Of a stretch of 64,000 nt of DNA, positions 9,724 through 19,885 are shown one piece after another (position 1 is the stretch's first letter; each line of letters opens with the position of its first letter). Below the pieces are notes generated by a model that was given only the letters and a program-made list of their open reading frames with translations, ran no database searches and had not been told where the DNA came from. The translations under genes were made by a program, and so were the position numbers. Origin of the DNA: Alphaproteobacteria bacterium (GTDB lineage: Bacteria; Pseudomonadota; Alphaproteobacteria; Caulobacterales; Parvularculaceae); assembly GCA_030426465.1 (NCBI GenBank), contig JAUHYK010000008.1, forward strand, positions 4,756-68,755, written 5' to 3'.

Positions 9724-11328
9724 TTGCAAGACGTCTTGTCTCGATGTTCAGAGCTGATAGCGCGCGCCGCCGAAGGAATTCGCGGCGCTTCCGGCTGGCG
9801 GCGCTGGCTCATGGCTTTTTTCGCGGGCCTCGCCTCTGCGGCTGCGCTGGCGCCGCTCTACCTCCTGCCCCTGATGGCGGTGGGGATTACGGTGCTGGTG
9901 CTCTTGATTGACGGCGCCGCGGCGCGGGACAAGCCAAAACGCAGCGCCTTTATTGTCGGCTGGCTCTGGGGCTTCGGATATTTTCTCGCCGGGGTTTACT
10001 GGATGGCCCTGTCGTTTTTCGTGCAGGCCGATCAGTTCGCCTGGATGGCGCCATTCGCCCTTACCGGTATGCCGGCGTTTCTTGCGCTTTTTACGGGCGC
10101 CGTCGCGCTGTGCTGTGCGGCTTTTCCCATGACCGGCTGGGCGCGCATTTTCTTCTTCACCGGCGTTTTCGCTTTTGTTGAATATGCGCGCGGCCACATC
10201 CTGACTGGCCTGCCCTGGAATCTGACAGGTCAGGTTTTCGCAGGAAACGCCGTCGGTGCGCAGACGGCGGCGTGGTATGGCGCTTACGGATTAAGCCTTG
10301 TCGCAATTTTCCTTGCCGCCGCGCCCGCTGCCGGACTTGAATCCCGTGACAAGGTAAAACCGCTTTCCGGCTTCTGGGTCATGCTGGGCGGCGCGGCGTT
10401 GTTGTTTGGCGCCGGGGCCATCCGTCTTGCGATGCCGGAGCCGCAAGGCGACGCCCGCCAGCTTGTGCGGATTGTCCAGCCCAATATTCCCCAGCGGGAA
10501 AAAATTCAGTGGAGTTATTGGGCGAAAAACTTCGAACGCCAGATGGAGCATTCGCGCGGGGCCGTTCCCCCAGATGCGCAGCTGTTCATTATCTGGCCGG
10601 AAAATGGCGCGCCGCTTTTAAACGAATCACCCTCGGCGCTGGAGGTGCTTTCGAAAGACCTCCCCGAAAACTCGGTGCTGATCGCCGGGACGGTGCGGCG
10701 TGAGGAGGCTGAGAATGGCGAGGAGCGCTGGTATAATTCTATCGCCATTGTCGAGCAGGAAGAAGACCGCCGGCGCATCACCGCCCATTATGACAAGCAC
10801 CATCTCGTTCCCATCGGCGAATATCTCCCCCTCTACGATTTCCTGAGTCAGATCGGCGTCGCTGCGCTGACGCCTTATCAGGACCGCGGGTTTTCTTCCG
10901 GGCCGGGCCCCAAGACACTCTCCGCAAGAGGCGCTTCTTTCTCCCCTATGATCTGTTACGAAGCGATTTTTCCGGGCGCCTCCTATTACAAGGGCGAGCG
11001 TCCCGACTGGCTCGTCGTCGCAACCAATGACGCCTGGTTCGGCGACAGCTCTGGACCGCGCCAGCATCTCGATATGGCGCGGTTGCGCGCTGTCGAGACC
11101 GGACTGCCCATGGCCCGCTCGGCCAATACCGGGGTTTCAGCGCTGATTGATGCAAAAGGACGCATCCTCGCCCGAATCCCGCTCTATCAGGCGGGTAAGA
11201 TAGACGCCCCCTTGCCGCCGAAATTACCGCGAACGCTGTATGATCGCGCTGGAGACTGGCCTTTTTTGCTGTTTGTGCTGATTTTCCTGATACTGCCTTT
11301 TAGAGGAAAGTTGTTTGCCCGTGAATGA
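9724..11328 (+). CDS. lnt: Apolipoprotein N-acyltransferase
   Basis: VQPNI, WPE, YDKHHLVPIGE, ICYE, TNDAWF, RSANTG; TTG 9724 follows a GGAG SD. Confidence 0.95.
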   Translation: MQDVLSRCSELIARAAEGIRGASGWRRWLMAFFAGLASAAALAPLYLLPLMAVGITVLVLLIDGAAARDKPKRSAFIVGWLWGFGYFLAGVYWMALSFFVQADQFAWMAPFALTGMPAFLALFTGAVALCCAAFPMTGWARIFFFTGVFAFVEYARGHILTGLPWNLTGQVFAGNAVGAQTAAWYGAYGLSLVAIFLAAAPAAGLESRDKVKPLSGFWVMLGGAALLFGAGAIRLAMPEPQGDARQLVRIVQPNIPQREKIQWSYWAKNFERQMEHSRGAVPPDAQLFIIWPENGAPLLNESPSALEVLSKDLPENSVLIAGTVRREEAENGEERWYNSIAIVEQEEDRRRITAHYDKHHLVPIGEYLPLYDFLSQIGVAALTPYQDRGFSSGPGPKTLSARGASFSPMICYEAIFPGASYYKGERPDWLVVATNDAWFGDSSGPRQHLDMARLRAVETGLPMARSANTGVSALIDAKGRILARIPLYQAGKIDAPLPPKLPRTLYDRAGDWPFLLFVLIFLILPFRGKLFARE

Positions 11329-11429
11329 GTTGGGCCTTATCGCTTTGCGCCTTCAGGGGGCTGCTCTATAAGCGGACAGTTCGGTAGCCGGGGTCAGAAG
11401 GCCTCGTCAGTAATGCGTGGGGACTAAGC

Positions 11430-11888
11430 ATGGCGAAACCGCAAAAAGCGGCGGAAATGACATCAGATGATACGGGCAAGCGAAGCGGGCCTCATCCGAT
11501 TGATGTCCATGTGGGGTCGCGCGTCAAACTGCGTAGAATGATCCTCGGCATGAGCCAGGAAACGCTCGGCAAGGCGCTCGGGCTGACTTTCCAGCAAATC
11601 CAGAAATACGAAAAAGGCGTGAACCGGATCGGCGCCAGCCGGATGTTCGAACTCTCGCGCTTGCTCGAAGTGCCGGTGCAGTTCTTTTACGACGATTTTG
11701 GCGACGGATCGGCCGCTTCGGGTTTTGCCGAAGGCGAGGCCAGCGAATCGCTCATGGCGCTTGTGAACTCGCCCGACGGCGTTCAGCTTTGCCGGTATTT
11801 TTCCGAGATCAAAGACCCTCAGGTCAAAAAACGGGTGCTCGATCTTGTGAAATCCATCGCCGAAACCGAAGGCGGCGAGATCTCTTAA
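11430..11888 (+). CDS. XRE-family HTH transcriptional regulator (conserved lnt-metK neighbour)
   Basis: [37 protein letters not shown]. Confidence 0.9.
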   Translation: MAKPQKAAEMTSDDTGKRSGPHPIDVHVGSRVKLRRMILGMSQETLGKALGLTFQQIQKYEKGVNRIGASRMFELSRLLEVPVQFFYDDFGDGSAASGFAEGEASESLMALVNSPDGVQLCRYFSEIKDPQVKKRVLDLVKSIAETEGGEIS

Positions 11889-11958
11889 GGGCCGACCCGC
11901 GCCACTGCGCCATTTTTCCGGCGTAGCCGCCCCTCTGGAAAAACGGTTCTCTTTCGGT

Positions 11959-11987
11959 TGGACACAGCCGCGCCGATTCTGTATAGC
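11959..11987 (+). promoter_or_regulatory. sigma70-type promoter of metK
   Basis: TGGACA-N17-TATAGC. Confidence 0.6.
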
Positions 11988-11991
11988 CGGG

Positions 11992-12013
11992 CATATAAAG
12001 TTTTCCTTATATG
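11992..12013. promoter_or_regulatory. SahR-like operator palindrome CATATAAAG-TTTT-CCTTATATG
   Basis: AT-rich 9-4-9 inverted repeat with one mismatch over the predicted metK start site; matches the SahR motif as I recall it. Confidence 0.6.
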
Positions 12014-12030
12014 TGAGGTCCAGCATTTCT

Positions 12031-13251
12031 ATGGTTCGTCAGTCCTATCTTTTCACCAGTGAAAGCGTTTCCGAAGGCCACCCGGACAAGGTTTGCGACC
12101 GCATTTCCGATGAGATCGTCGATTTGATCTATCGCGAGGCGCAGGCCGGAGAAATGAACCCGTGGGATGTGCGGGTCGCGGCTGAAACCCTGACCACCAC
12201 CAACAAAGTAGTCATTGCCGGCGAAGTGCGGGCCCCGGAAGGGTTGATGGACGGCAAGGGCGGCGTGAAGCCGGCTGCGTTCGTGAACGCAGCGCGCGAG
12301 GCGATCAAGGCGATTGGTTACGAACAGGACGGCTTCCACTGGGAAAATGCAGATATTGAAGTGTTGCTGCACGGCCAGTCAGCCGATATCGCGCAAGGGG
12401 TCGACAAGGCGTCGGATGCAAATGCAGAGGGCGCGGGCGACCAAGGCATCATGTTCGGTTACGCCTGCCGGGAAACGCCGACGCTGATGCCGGCGCCGAT
12501 TTATTACAGCCACAAGATTCTTGAAGACCTCGCCGCGGCGCGTCACGCCGGCAAAGGCGACGCAGGCCGTCTCGGCCCCGACGCCAAGAGCCAGGTGACC
12601 GTACGCTATCGCAATGGCGAAGCGGTGGAGATCACGTCGATTGTTCTCTCGACGCAACATCTCGACGCGTCCTGGAATTCGGCCAAGGTGCGTGAAGTGG
12701 TCGAGCCTTATATTCGCAAGTCGGTCGCCGATCTGCCGATCGCGGCGAATTGCGCCTGGCACGTCAACCCGACCGGCAAGTTCGTCATTGGCGGGCCGGA
12801 CGGCGACGCAGGGCTCACCGGCCGCAAGATCATCGTCGACACTTATGGCGGCGCGGCGCCTCATGGCGGCGGAGCTTTCTCCGGCAAGGACACCACTAAA
12901 GTCGACCGGTCTGCGGCTTATGCCTCACGCTATCTTGCGAAAAACGTTGTCGCCGCCGATCTCGCCGACCGCTGCACCATTCAGCTCTCTTATGCGATCG
13001 GCGTTGCGCAGCCACTGTCGATCTATGTAGACCTGCACGGCACCGGAAAGGTCGATGAAGAGGCGCTGGAGCGCGCGCTGGGCGAGGTGATGGATCTGTC
13101 GCCGTCGGGCATTCGCCGCCAGCTCGACCTTAACAAGCCGATCTATGCGCGCACCGCCGCTTACGGCCATTTCGGCCGCGAGCCGGATGCAGAGGGTGGT
13201 TTCTCCTGGGAGCAAACCGATCTCGTCGACGCGCTGAAAAAGGCTCTTTAG
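12031..13251 (+). CDS. metK: S-adenosylmethionine synthetase
   Basis: [34 protein letters not shown]. Confidence 0.98.
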   Translation: MVRQSYLFTSESVSEGHPDKVCDRISDEIVDLIYREAQAGEMNPWDVRVAAETLTTTNKVVIAGEVRAPEGLMDGKGGVKPAAFVNAAREAIKAIGYEQDGFHWENADIEVLLHGQSADIAQGVDKASDANAEGAGDQGIMFGYACRETPTLMPAPIYYSHKILEDLAAARHAGKGDAGRLGPDAKSQVTVRYRNGEAVEITSIVLSTQHLDASWNSAKVREVVEPYIRKSVADLPIAANCAWHVNPTGKFVIGGPDGDAGLTGRKIIVDTYGGAAPHGGGAFSGKDTTKVDRSAAYASRYLAKNVVAADLADRCTIQLSYAIGVAQPLSIYVDLHGTGKVDEEALERALGEVMDLSPSGIRRQLDLNKPIYARTAAYGHFGREPDAEGGFSWEQTDLVDALKKAL

Positions 13252-13278
13252 GCGCACACCCCATTTAAAAGCGTTCTG

Positions 13279-13312
13279 ACAGCGTCCCTGATTTGTCGAT
13301 CAGGGACGCTGT
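13279..13312. terminator. Strong hairpin after metK
   Basis: ACAGCGTCCCTGAT-TTGTCG-ATCAGGGACGCTGT 14-bp stem; weak U tail. Confidence 0.55.
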
Positions 13313-13333
13313 TGCGCGTCTGGGAACAGAGCG

Positions 13334-13849
13334 TTGATGGAGAAGGCGATGATCCGGGTTTTTGCAGTTTTCTTGGGTGTTTTCTTTTTGCTATGGGCGC
13401 CGGCGCGCGCTGAGGACGTTGCGGGTCTCCTGGAGCAATTTGAAGGCGAATGGACGTCCGATGGTCCGGCTTTTGGCGGCGCGGCTGAAAGCATCATGAT
13501 CTGGGCCCCGGCGCTCAACGACAAGTTCTACCGCCTCGATTACAGCGTCGCAGTGACGCGTGATGACGGCGCCGCTTTCACCTTTGAAGGCGTCGCGCAT
13601 TACCAGCTTGGCGAAGGAGAAACACTTTCGGCCTACTGGGCCGACAATTCCGGCGATCTTCATCCGATCCACGCGACGCGCGACGGCGACGCGCTGGTCG
13701 CTCACTGGGGCGTTGACGGCGCCAAGCAGGGCCGCACCCGGTATGAGCTTGTCTCTTCCGGAGAGCTCGACGTGACGGACTGGATCAGGACGAAAGACGG
13801 CTGGCGTCAGTTCAACAGCAACCGCTTCGTGAAACACACGGCGGAATAA
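13334..13849 (+). CDS. Exported beta-rich hypothetical protein (DUF1579-like, tentative)
   Basis: Signal peptide ending ARA-E; GEW motif. Confidence 0.65.
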   Translation: MMEKAMIRVFAVFLGVFFLLWAPARAEDVAGLLEQFEGEWTSDGPAFGGAAESIMIWAPALNDKFYRLDYSVAVTRDDGAAFTFEGVAHYQLGEGETLSAYWADNSGDLHPIHATRDGDALVAHWGVDGAKQGRTRYELVSSGELDVTDWIRTKDGWRQFNSNRFVKHTAE

Positions 13850-13912
13850 GCGCGCTCATCGGCTTGCGCGGGGGCTTGAGCGGGCAGTCTCGCCCCGCTA
13901 AGCACCGCGTTG

Positions 13913-14593
13913 ATGAGCGACAAGACATATATTCCCCGGCTTTACGGCCGCCAGCAGGACAAGCCCTTAAAGCCGCGTCAGGCGCAGTTGATGGAAACAT
14001 TGCTGCCGCGTCTTGCTGTTCCCATGGGCGGCGCTCTCGATCCGCAAAGGCTTTTTCCGCAGGCGGAGGAAATTCACCTTGAAGTCGGCTTTGGCGGCGG
14101 CGAGCATCTCGCCTGGCAGGCGGCGCATAACCCCAACACCGGCTTCATCGGGGCGGAGCCCTTCGTCAACGGCGTCGCCAAGCTCCTCGTTCATGTAGAT
14201 GATGGCGGACAGGAAAATATACGCATTCATCATGGCGATGTTCGCCCGCTGATTGAGGCGCTTCCCGGCGCCTCCCTCGCACGGATCTATGTGCTTCATC
14301 CTGACCCGTGGCCAAAAAAGCGCCATCACAAACGCCGGATGATTTCACCGTGGTTTTTCGCACAAGCCGCACGGCTTTTAAAACCTGGCGGGGAACTTCG
14401 CGTCGCCTCAGACATTCGTGACTATATCCGCTGGACCCTGATGCATGCGCAAAATGCGAGCGAATTCGAATGGACGGCGACATGCGCGGCCGATTGGAAG
14501 CAGCGGCCTGGCGACTGGCCGCAGACGCGTTATGAGGCGAAATCCCTGCGCGAAGGGCGGACGCCCGCCTATCTCGTTTTTCGTCGCAAATAA
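13913..14593 (+). CDS. trmB: tRNA (guanine-N7)-methyltransferase
   Basis: LEVGFGGGEHL, FIGAEPF, PDPWPKKRHHKRR, TRYE. Confidence 0.96.
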   Translation: MSDKTYIPRLYGRQQDKPLKPRQAQLMETLLPRLAVPMGGALDPQRLFPQAEEIHLEVGFGGGEHLAWQAAHNPNTGFIGAEPFVNGVAKLLVHVDDGGQENIRIHHGDVRPLIEALPGASLARIYVLHPDPWPKKRHHKRRMISPWFFAQAARLLKPGGELRVASDIRDYIRWTLMHAQNASEFEWTATCAADWKQRPGDWPQTRYEAKSLREGRTPAYLVFRRK

Positions 14594-14650
14594 GCGCCAT
14601 TTAAAGGATTGTTACTTGCCGTCATGGCTGGGGCGCAAGCAAATAGAGCC

Positions 14651-15943
14651 ATGATGAAACTCCTAGCGAAATTCCTTTTCCTGTCAGCGGCGCTGACCGT
14701 TCTTTCCGGTTGCGCCCGTGTGACGCTCGCATGGGCTGATCTCAAACCGGCCGGCGCCGCGGCCTCGCCGCCGGCGCTTGGGGCTTTCGCCGGAGACGGA
14801 CCGGTTACAAATCCGCCGGACTGGGAGGCGCGCAAGCCAGCGCTGCAAAAAGCGCTTGAAGCGGAAGTCTATGGCGCCTTCCCCGATGCATCATCAACGC
14901 GGGTTATTGGTAAGCGCGTTCTGAATGACGGTGCCTTTGCCGGAAGCGGTGTGCTTGAAGAGTGGACATTGTCTGCGGAAGCGACTTTCAACGGCGCCGC
15001 CGTGGAAACAAAACCATTCCCCGGGCGTGACGGGTTTTTGCTGGAGGTTGCGCTGCCCGCAGACGCAACAGGACCGGTACCAATTATCGTGATGGAGACA
15101 TTCTGTCCTTCATGGGAGGTTGTTCCGGACCCTGCCGTCTCGCGCCCGGCGGACGCGCAAGAGATGGGCGGCGGACCTTTGGGTGGGGTCATGACCTATG
15201 TCTTCGGACGCTATATCTGCACACCGCCTTTCGAGATGATTCTGGAGCGTGGTTACGGCGTTGCTGTGCTCTATCCCAACACTGTACCGGATCAGCGCGA
15301 CGAGGGTCTTGCGGAGTTGCGCCGCCTTTCCGCCGGCTATGAAAATGATGATACGCGCTGGGGCGCCGTCGCCGCCTGGGGCTGGCTGTTCTCGCGAGCG
15401 GTGGATGCGCTGGAGCAGGACCCGCGCATTGACGCCAACGCCATCGCGACTTGGGGTCATTCGCGTTACGGCAAGGCGGCGCTGGTCGCCGCCGCATGGG
15501 ATCCGCGCATCGCCGCAGTCATTGCGCATCAATCCGGCACGGGCGGCGCTTCCCTCAATCGCGAAAAGAAGGGCGAAAGCGTCGCCGCAATAACGGGCGC
15601 CTATCCTCACTGGTTTGCAAAAAGTTACGCGGCACGGGCGGGCGAGGAAAAGGGGATGGATGTGGATCAGCATCTCCTGCTCGCATTGATCGCCCCCCGA
15701 CCGGTGCTGCTCGGCAATGCGCGCCGCGATGTCTGGTCCGATCCGAACGGGGCTTTCCGGGCGGCGATGGGCGCAGATCCGGTTTATGAGCTTTTAGGCT
15801 CAGACGGTTTGTCGCAGTCGCGTCTTGATGAATGGCGGCCGCAGGCCGGGATCGCCTTCTGGTTGCGTCCGGGCACGCATGGCGTTGTCAAAGAAGACTG
15901 GCCTGCTTTCCTTGAGTTTCTTGACGCTCATCTCGGTGAGTGA
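14651..15943 (+). CDS. CE15-like (glucuronoyl esterase-type) alpha/beta hydrolase lipoprotein
   Basis: AWG, GHSRYGK nucleophile motif, QSGTGGA, DQH, LIAPRP; lipobox LSGC. Confidence 0.8.
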   Translation: MMKLLAKFLFLSAALTVLSGCARVTLAWADLKPAGAAASPPALGAFAGDGPVTNPPDWEARKPALQKALEAEVYGAFPDASSTRVIGKRVLNDGAFAGSGVLEEWTLSAEATFNGAAVETKPFPGRDGFLLEVALPADATGPVPIIVMETFCPSWEVVPDPAVSRPADAQEMGGGPLGGVMTYVFGRYICTPPFEMILERGYGVAVLYPNTVPDQRDEGLAELRRLSAGYENDDTRWGAVAAWGWLFSRAVDALEQDPRIDANAIATWGHSRYGKAALVAAAWDPRIAAVIAHQSGTGGASLNREKKGESVAAITGAYPHWFAKSYAARAGEEKGMDVDQHLLLALIAPRPVLLGNARRDVWSDPNGAFRAAMGADPVYELLGSDGLSQSRLDEWRPQAGIAFWLRPGTHGVVKEDWPAFLEFLDAHLGE

Positions 15944-16081
15944 CGGTAAAGGCGCTGTCCTGAACCTAAAAAAGTCTTGCTGAAAAATTTTCAAAACAAT
16001 TTCGGTCTTTAGCAGGATCATTTATCCTTCTCGTATAAGTTGCGCGGTGTCTCGGGGGAGGCTTTTGCAAGAGGCGAGAGA

Positions 16082-16444
16082 ATGGACAACAACGCTGAAG
16101 ACAATCGGAAGAGTTTCCGCTTTGGGCTAACGGCTTCAGTCGATGTGATGGACGGTGTGGAGCGTCATGCGTTTGGGACGCTAATCGACTTTTCACGGGA
16201 CGGCGCCGGGATTCGCAGCATGACGCCGGTGAATATGGGACGGAAATACAAGTTTCATGTTCGCGGGATCGGCATCTGGAGCGGTGTTGTGGTGCGCCGG
16301 TTTGACGGGCGCAGTTACGGCGTACGGTTTGAGAATTCAGAAACGGAAAAGCGCCAGATCGACCGCATTCTCATGAGTATGATGGATGGCACAATGGACG
16401 CCTCCGCGGTCTGCCAGGTCCGTCCCCGCATTCGCGCATTCTAA
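16082..16444 (+). CDS. Stand-alone PilZ-domain protein
   Basis: RKSFR (RxxxR) and DFSRDG (DxSxxG). Confidence 0.75.
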   Translation: MDNNAEDNRKSFRFGLTASVDVMDGVERHAFGTLIDFSRDGAGIRSMTPVNMGRKYKFHVRGIGIWSGVVVRRFDGRSYGVRFENSETEKRQIDRILMSMMDGTMDASAVCQVRPRIRAF

Positions 16445-16670
16445 TTGAAGTAAAGACACGGGCCGAACGACAAGGCCCCGACAATCGACTTCGGGCCCGC
16501 ATGCGTCTCCAGCCGCTGCGGGCCTTTTGCATCAGCGTTACAAAATTTCCGTATCCGGAAAAAATACCGGTGGAAGGAATAATATAATGAAAATTGTCCT
16601 TAAATGACTCAGCATATTTTCCGCTAGGTTTTCTTCCATGTCGTATAAAGGCGCCTCTCGGGAGGACGCT

Positions 16671-17033
16671 ATGACTAACGATAATAAACAAAGCGGTGTC
16701 GTCGGCCGCAAAAGCTTTCGTTTCGACTACGCTGCGCCAGTGGATATTTTGCGTGGCGCTGAACGCTATTCTTTTGGGGTGATGATCAATGTCTCGCGCG
16801 GCGGCGCCGCGTTCCGCGCCTTTGCGCCGTTGCAGACCGGGGTTGCTTACACGCTTTGTATCCGCGGGGTGGGCGCCTATCCAACTACGGTCGTGCGCCG
16901 GTTCGGCGGCGATTGTTATGCGGTGCGTTTTGATGTTGAGGAAGCCGTGAAGCGCCGTATCGACAAGACGCTTGCGGCGCTCTTTGGCGTGCAAAATCAG
17001 GGTGCGAACGCAAAGACCCGCTTTTCGGCGTGA
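16671..17033 (+). CDS. Stand-alone PilZ-domain protein (paralog)
   Basis: RKSFR and NVSRGG motifs. Confidence 0.75.
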   Translation: MTNDNKQSGVVGRKSFRFDYAAPVDILRGAERYSFGVMINVSRGGAAFRAFAPLQTGVAYTLCIRGVGAYPTTVVRRFGGDCYAVRFDVEEAVKRRIDKTLAALFGVQNQGANAKTRFSA

Positions 17034-17087
17034 CAAAGACCAGGTCTTTATGGTTTTAGAGGCGCAGTCCAAAGAGGATGCGTTTCC

Positions 17088-17960
17088 ATGGCCGACGGCC
17101 TTGCCTTTGAAGAGGAAAAAGAGACCGGGTCGACGATGTTGCCGGCGGCTTACGCCCATGCGCCGTCATCGGTTTCGTTCAAAAAGCTCAGGAAGCGGCT
17201 CCTGCGCCAGACACAAGAAGCGATCCGCCGTTTCGGAATGGACGGTTTGGGCGCCGATGGCGACCCGCAAAAATGGCTGATTTGTCTGTCGGGCGGCAAG
17301 GACAGCTATACGCTGCTAGCCGCGCTCATGAATCTGAAATGGCAAGGCGCGCTGAAGGCGGAGCTTGTCGCCTGCAACCTTGATCAGGGCCAGCCGGGTT
17401 TTCCCAAACATGTCCTGCCTGACTATCTCAAGGGGCTCGGCGTTGAGCACCGCATCATCACCGAAGACACCTACTCCATCGTCACGGACAAACTGCCTGA
17501 GAATAAAACCTATTGCTCGCTCTGTTCACGCCTCCGTCGCGGTATTCTCTATCGTGTGGCGCGGGAGGAAGGGTGTCACGCCATTGTCCTCGGGCATCAC
17601 CGCGACGATGCGCTTGAGACCTTTATGATGAACATGTTCCACGGCGGACGGATGGCGGCGATGCCGCCCAAGCTCGTCAATGACGAGGGTGATTTGTTTG
17701 TCTTGCGTCCGCTGATCCTGTGCGCCGAAGACGATATCGCCAAATTCGCCGACGCCATGAAGTTTCCGATTATTCCCTGCAACCTGTGCGGATCGCAGGA
17801 CGGTCTCCAGCGGCAGGCGATGAAAGAGATGTTAGACGAGTGGGAGCGCCGCCGTCCCGGGCGGCGCGAGGTGATGTTCCGCGCCCTCCAGAATGTGCGA
17901 TTGTCCCATCTCGCCGATGAGAAGGTCTGGGATTTTGAAGGGCTGACGCGCAAGCCCTAG
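17088..17960 (+). CDS. ttcA: tRNA 2-thiocytidine(32) synthetase
   Basis: SGGKDS PP-loop, [27 protein letters not shown]. Confidence 0.96.
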   Translation: MADGLAFEEEKETGSTMLPAAYAHAPSSVSFKKLRKRLLRQTQEAIRRFGMDGLGADGDPQKWLICLSGGKDSYTLLAALMNLKWQGALKAELVACNLDQGQPGFPKHVLPDYLKGLGVEHRIITEDTYSIVTDKLPENKTYCSLCSRLRRGILYRVAREEGCHAIVLGHHRDDALETFMMNMFHGGRMAAMPPKLVNDEGDLFVLRPLILCAEDDIAKFADAMKFPIIPCNLCGSQDGLQRQAMKEMLDEWERRRPGRREVMFRALQNVRLSHLADEKVWDFEGLTRKP

Positions 17961-18451
17961 GCGTATCGCCGCCCGCCGGTCATGGAGCCGAGCAAGCCGA
18001 AGATGAAGCTTGCGCCGCCCCACAGCACCGCAAATCCGCCGCCCGCATAGATGAGTCCATCAGCCGTCGTTGGAATAGCAGGCTTATATTGTTCGTATAC
18101 GGAAAGCGTAATGTCTTCGATCTGGGTTTTGGCGAGGACGAGTGGGCGCACCATTTCTCCAGCAGCTTCCAGTTCGGCCATATGGACGCTCAGCATCTCA
18201 TAACGCTCCACCGCCGACACATAAGCCGTGCATAGCGCGTCAAGAAGACCTTCCGCAGACTGGCACTCTGCGATGGCGCGGGGCCGATCATAGCCATATT
18301 GGGCGATGTTGGCGTCGAACTCTTCAACGATCGGGGCAAGCTCGTCGATACGTCCTTGCAGGTTCTGCATATATTGCAGGGTGAACCCTGGTCCCTGACT
18401 GCCGATTACCGCGCCAGCGACGCCCAATAAAAAAGCTAGAAATCTTCCCAC
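17957..18451 (-). CDS. DUF2937 family protein
   Basis: [20 protein letters not shown]- and C-terminal TM helices. Confidence 0.75.
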   Translation of the reverse strand: MGRFLAFLLGVAGAVIGSQGPGFTLQYMQNLQGRIDELAPIVEEFDANIAQYGYDRPRAIAECQSAEGLLDALCTAYVSAVERYEMLSVHMAELEAAGEMVRPLVLAKTQIEDITLSVYEQYKPAIPTTADGLIYAGGGFAVLWGGASFIFGLLGSMTGGRRYA

Positions 18452-18719
18452 GTTGGTCCCCTCCGGCAGTTCATACCCCGCACTGATCTTGAACGATTGG
18501 AGCGTGAAAATCCAGAGTGAGGGAAGCGGCTGAATTTACAAGCGTTTGAAGTGATGAAGGCGAAAATTTCGCCCGTTGTGTGACGCCAGTCACTATCCGG
18601 CGCCGGCATCGCAAAGCCGCCATATTTCTGCGCGAGCGGCGCCATGATTGGCGCAAATGCTCACCCCCGCCGGGCGAGGCAATTCCGCCTTATCCCGGTT
18701 TTATCAAGGGGGAATATCC

Positions 18720-19058
18720 ATGAAACTCAATCGTACAGCCTTCGCCAGCGGCGCTGTCGGCGCTTTTGTCGTCAGTCTTGCCCTTTTCGTCGCGCCACAG
18801 ACCGGTTCTGCCGCGCCCGGGGGGGCCGCCCGGCCGTCCAGCAGCCCGACTTCCGCACCGATCGGAACTTACAAGCCGGCGCAGCTCGACAAGTGGTGTG
18901 GCGCGAATTTTACACGGGAGAATTACAACCCCGGAAAATTCCAGAGCTATAGCTGCACGATGGACATCGAAACCTATTGCCAGCCCGGCATGATGATGTC
19001 GGCGGTGATCTCTGACGGTTCGTCCATCACCTATTCCTGCCAGACGCCGCCGCATTAA
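18720..19058 (+). CDS. Small secreted 4-Cys hypothetical protein
   Basis: AAGGGGGA SD, signal peptide, terminator downstream. Confidence 0.6.
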   Translation: MKLNRTAFASGAVGAFVVSLALFVAPQTGSAAPGGAARPSSSPTSAPIGTYKPAQLDKWCGANFTRENYNPGKFQSYSCTMDIETYCQPGMMMSAVISDGSSITYSCQTPPH

Positions 19059-19084
19059 GAACTGGAAAAACTGGTTTGATCAGG

Positions 19085-19118
19085 AAAGCGTCGGCTGCGA
19101 TGAGCGACCGGCGCTTTT
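19085..19118. terminator. Bidirectional terminator
   Basis: AAAGCGTCGG...CCGGCGCTTTT between convergent genes. Confidence 0.65.
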
Positions 19119-19132
19119 CTCGTTGGGCGTTG

Positions 19133-19831
19133 TTAGCGGGACTTGCGCCGTCCGAAAGCGAATAGTCCGCCAACCCCGGTCAACATCAAAGGCAACGCGG
19201 CCGGAAGTGGTGTGACGATGGTGTTGGGGTCATCAATCATCGGCGGCGTGGACCCGGGATCATTCGTTGTAGGAGTTTCCGGCGGTTGCGGCGTATCTCC
19301 ATCCGGTGCGAACAGAATGCCCGGAATGATGGCGCCGGGATATCCGCCTGGTTTATTGACGGCGCCCCCTTGCATGACCCCGCCGCCCGGCGAGAGGCCG
19401 GGCGCCATGGCGAGGCTGAAGGGGGCCGGTGTCTGTCCTTCGTTCGTTGCGCCGCCGCTGGAAACGCCAGATGGGCCGCCGGCGATGGCGCGCATAACTG
19501 CGTCGCCCAACGCTGCTTTTTTCAGCGATGGCGTGCGTGGTCCGAATGCGGCGTTTGGGTTCGGACGGTCCGGGCGGGCGGGCATATTGCTTTCCGGCGC
19601 GCCGTCTCGCAGCGCCATGGCGAGAGAGATTGGCGTCTCAATTGCGCCGGTCCCGTCGCCCTCGTCTGTGCCATTCTGTGACAGACCGTCGCTAGGGCCC
19701 GCGCCGAGTCCTTCCCTGTCGGCGCCGCGCGCCTTGCCTGTCATGAACGCGATTGGCGTTGAAACCGCTGTGATCATCAGGAAATAGATGATGAGCGCCA
19801 GTATCCCGCGTTTTTTAAGCCTGCCATTCAT
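19133..19831 (-). CDS. VPLPA-CTERM (PEP-CTERM variant) sorting-signal protein
   Basis: C-terminus VTPLPAALPLMLTGVGGLFAFGRRKSR; Gly/Pro/Ala-rich body; N-terminal hydrophobic segment. Confidence 0.8.
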   Translation of the reverse strand: MNGRLKKRGILALIIYFLMITAVSTPIAFMTGKARGADREGLGAGPSDGLSQNGTDEGDGTGAIETPISLAMALRDGAPESNMPARPDRPNPNAAFGPRTPSLKKAALGDAVMRAIAGGPSGVSSGGATNEGQTPAPFSLAMAPGLSPGGGVMQGGAVNKPGGYPGAIIPGILFAPDGDTPQPPETPTTNDPGSTPPMIDDPNTIVTPLPAALPLMLTGVGGLFAFGRRKSR

Positions 19832-19885
19832 GGCCCGTTTGTCCTTCAATTGAAGGAACGGACATTCAAGAACGGCGCCTGTTGT

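Noticed and set aside
11966-11992. SAM-II riboswitch-like GCCGCGCCGATT upstream of metK
   Set aside because: Lies within the -35/-10 spacer so would not be transcribed; lacks the downstream pseudoknot and GCTAAA elements
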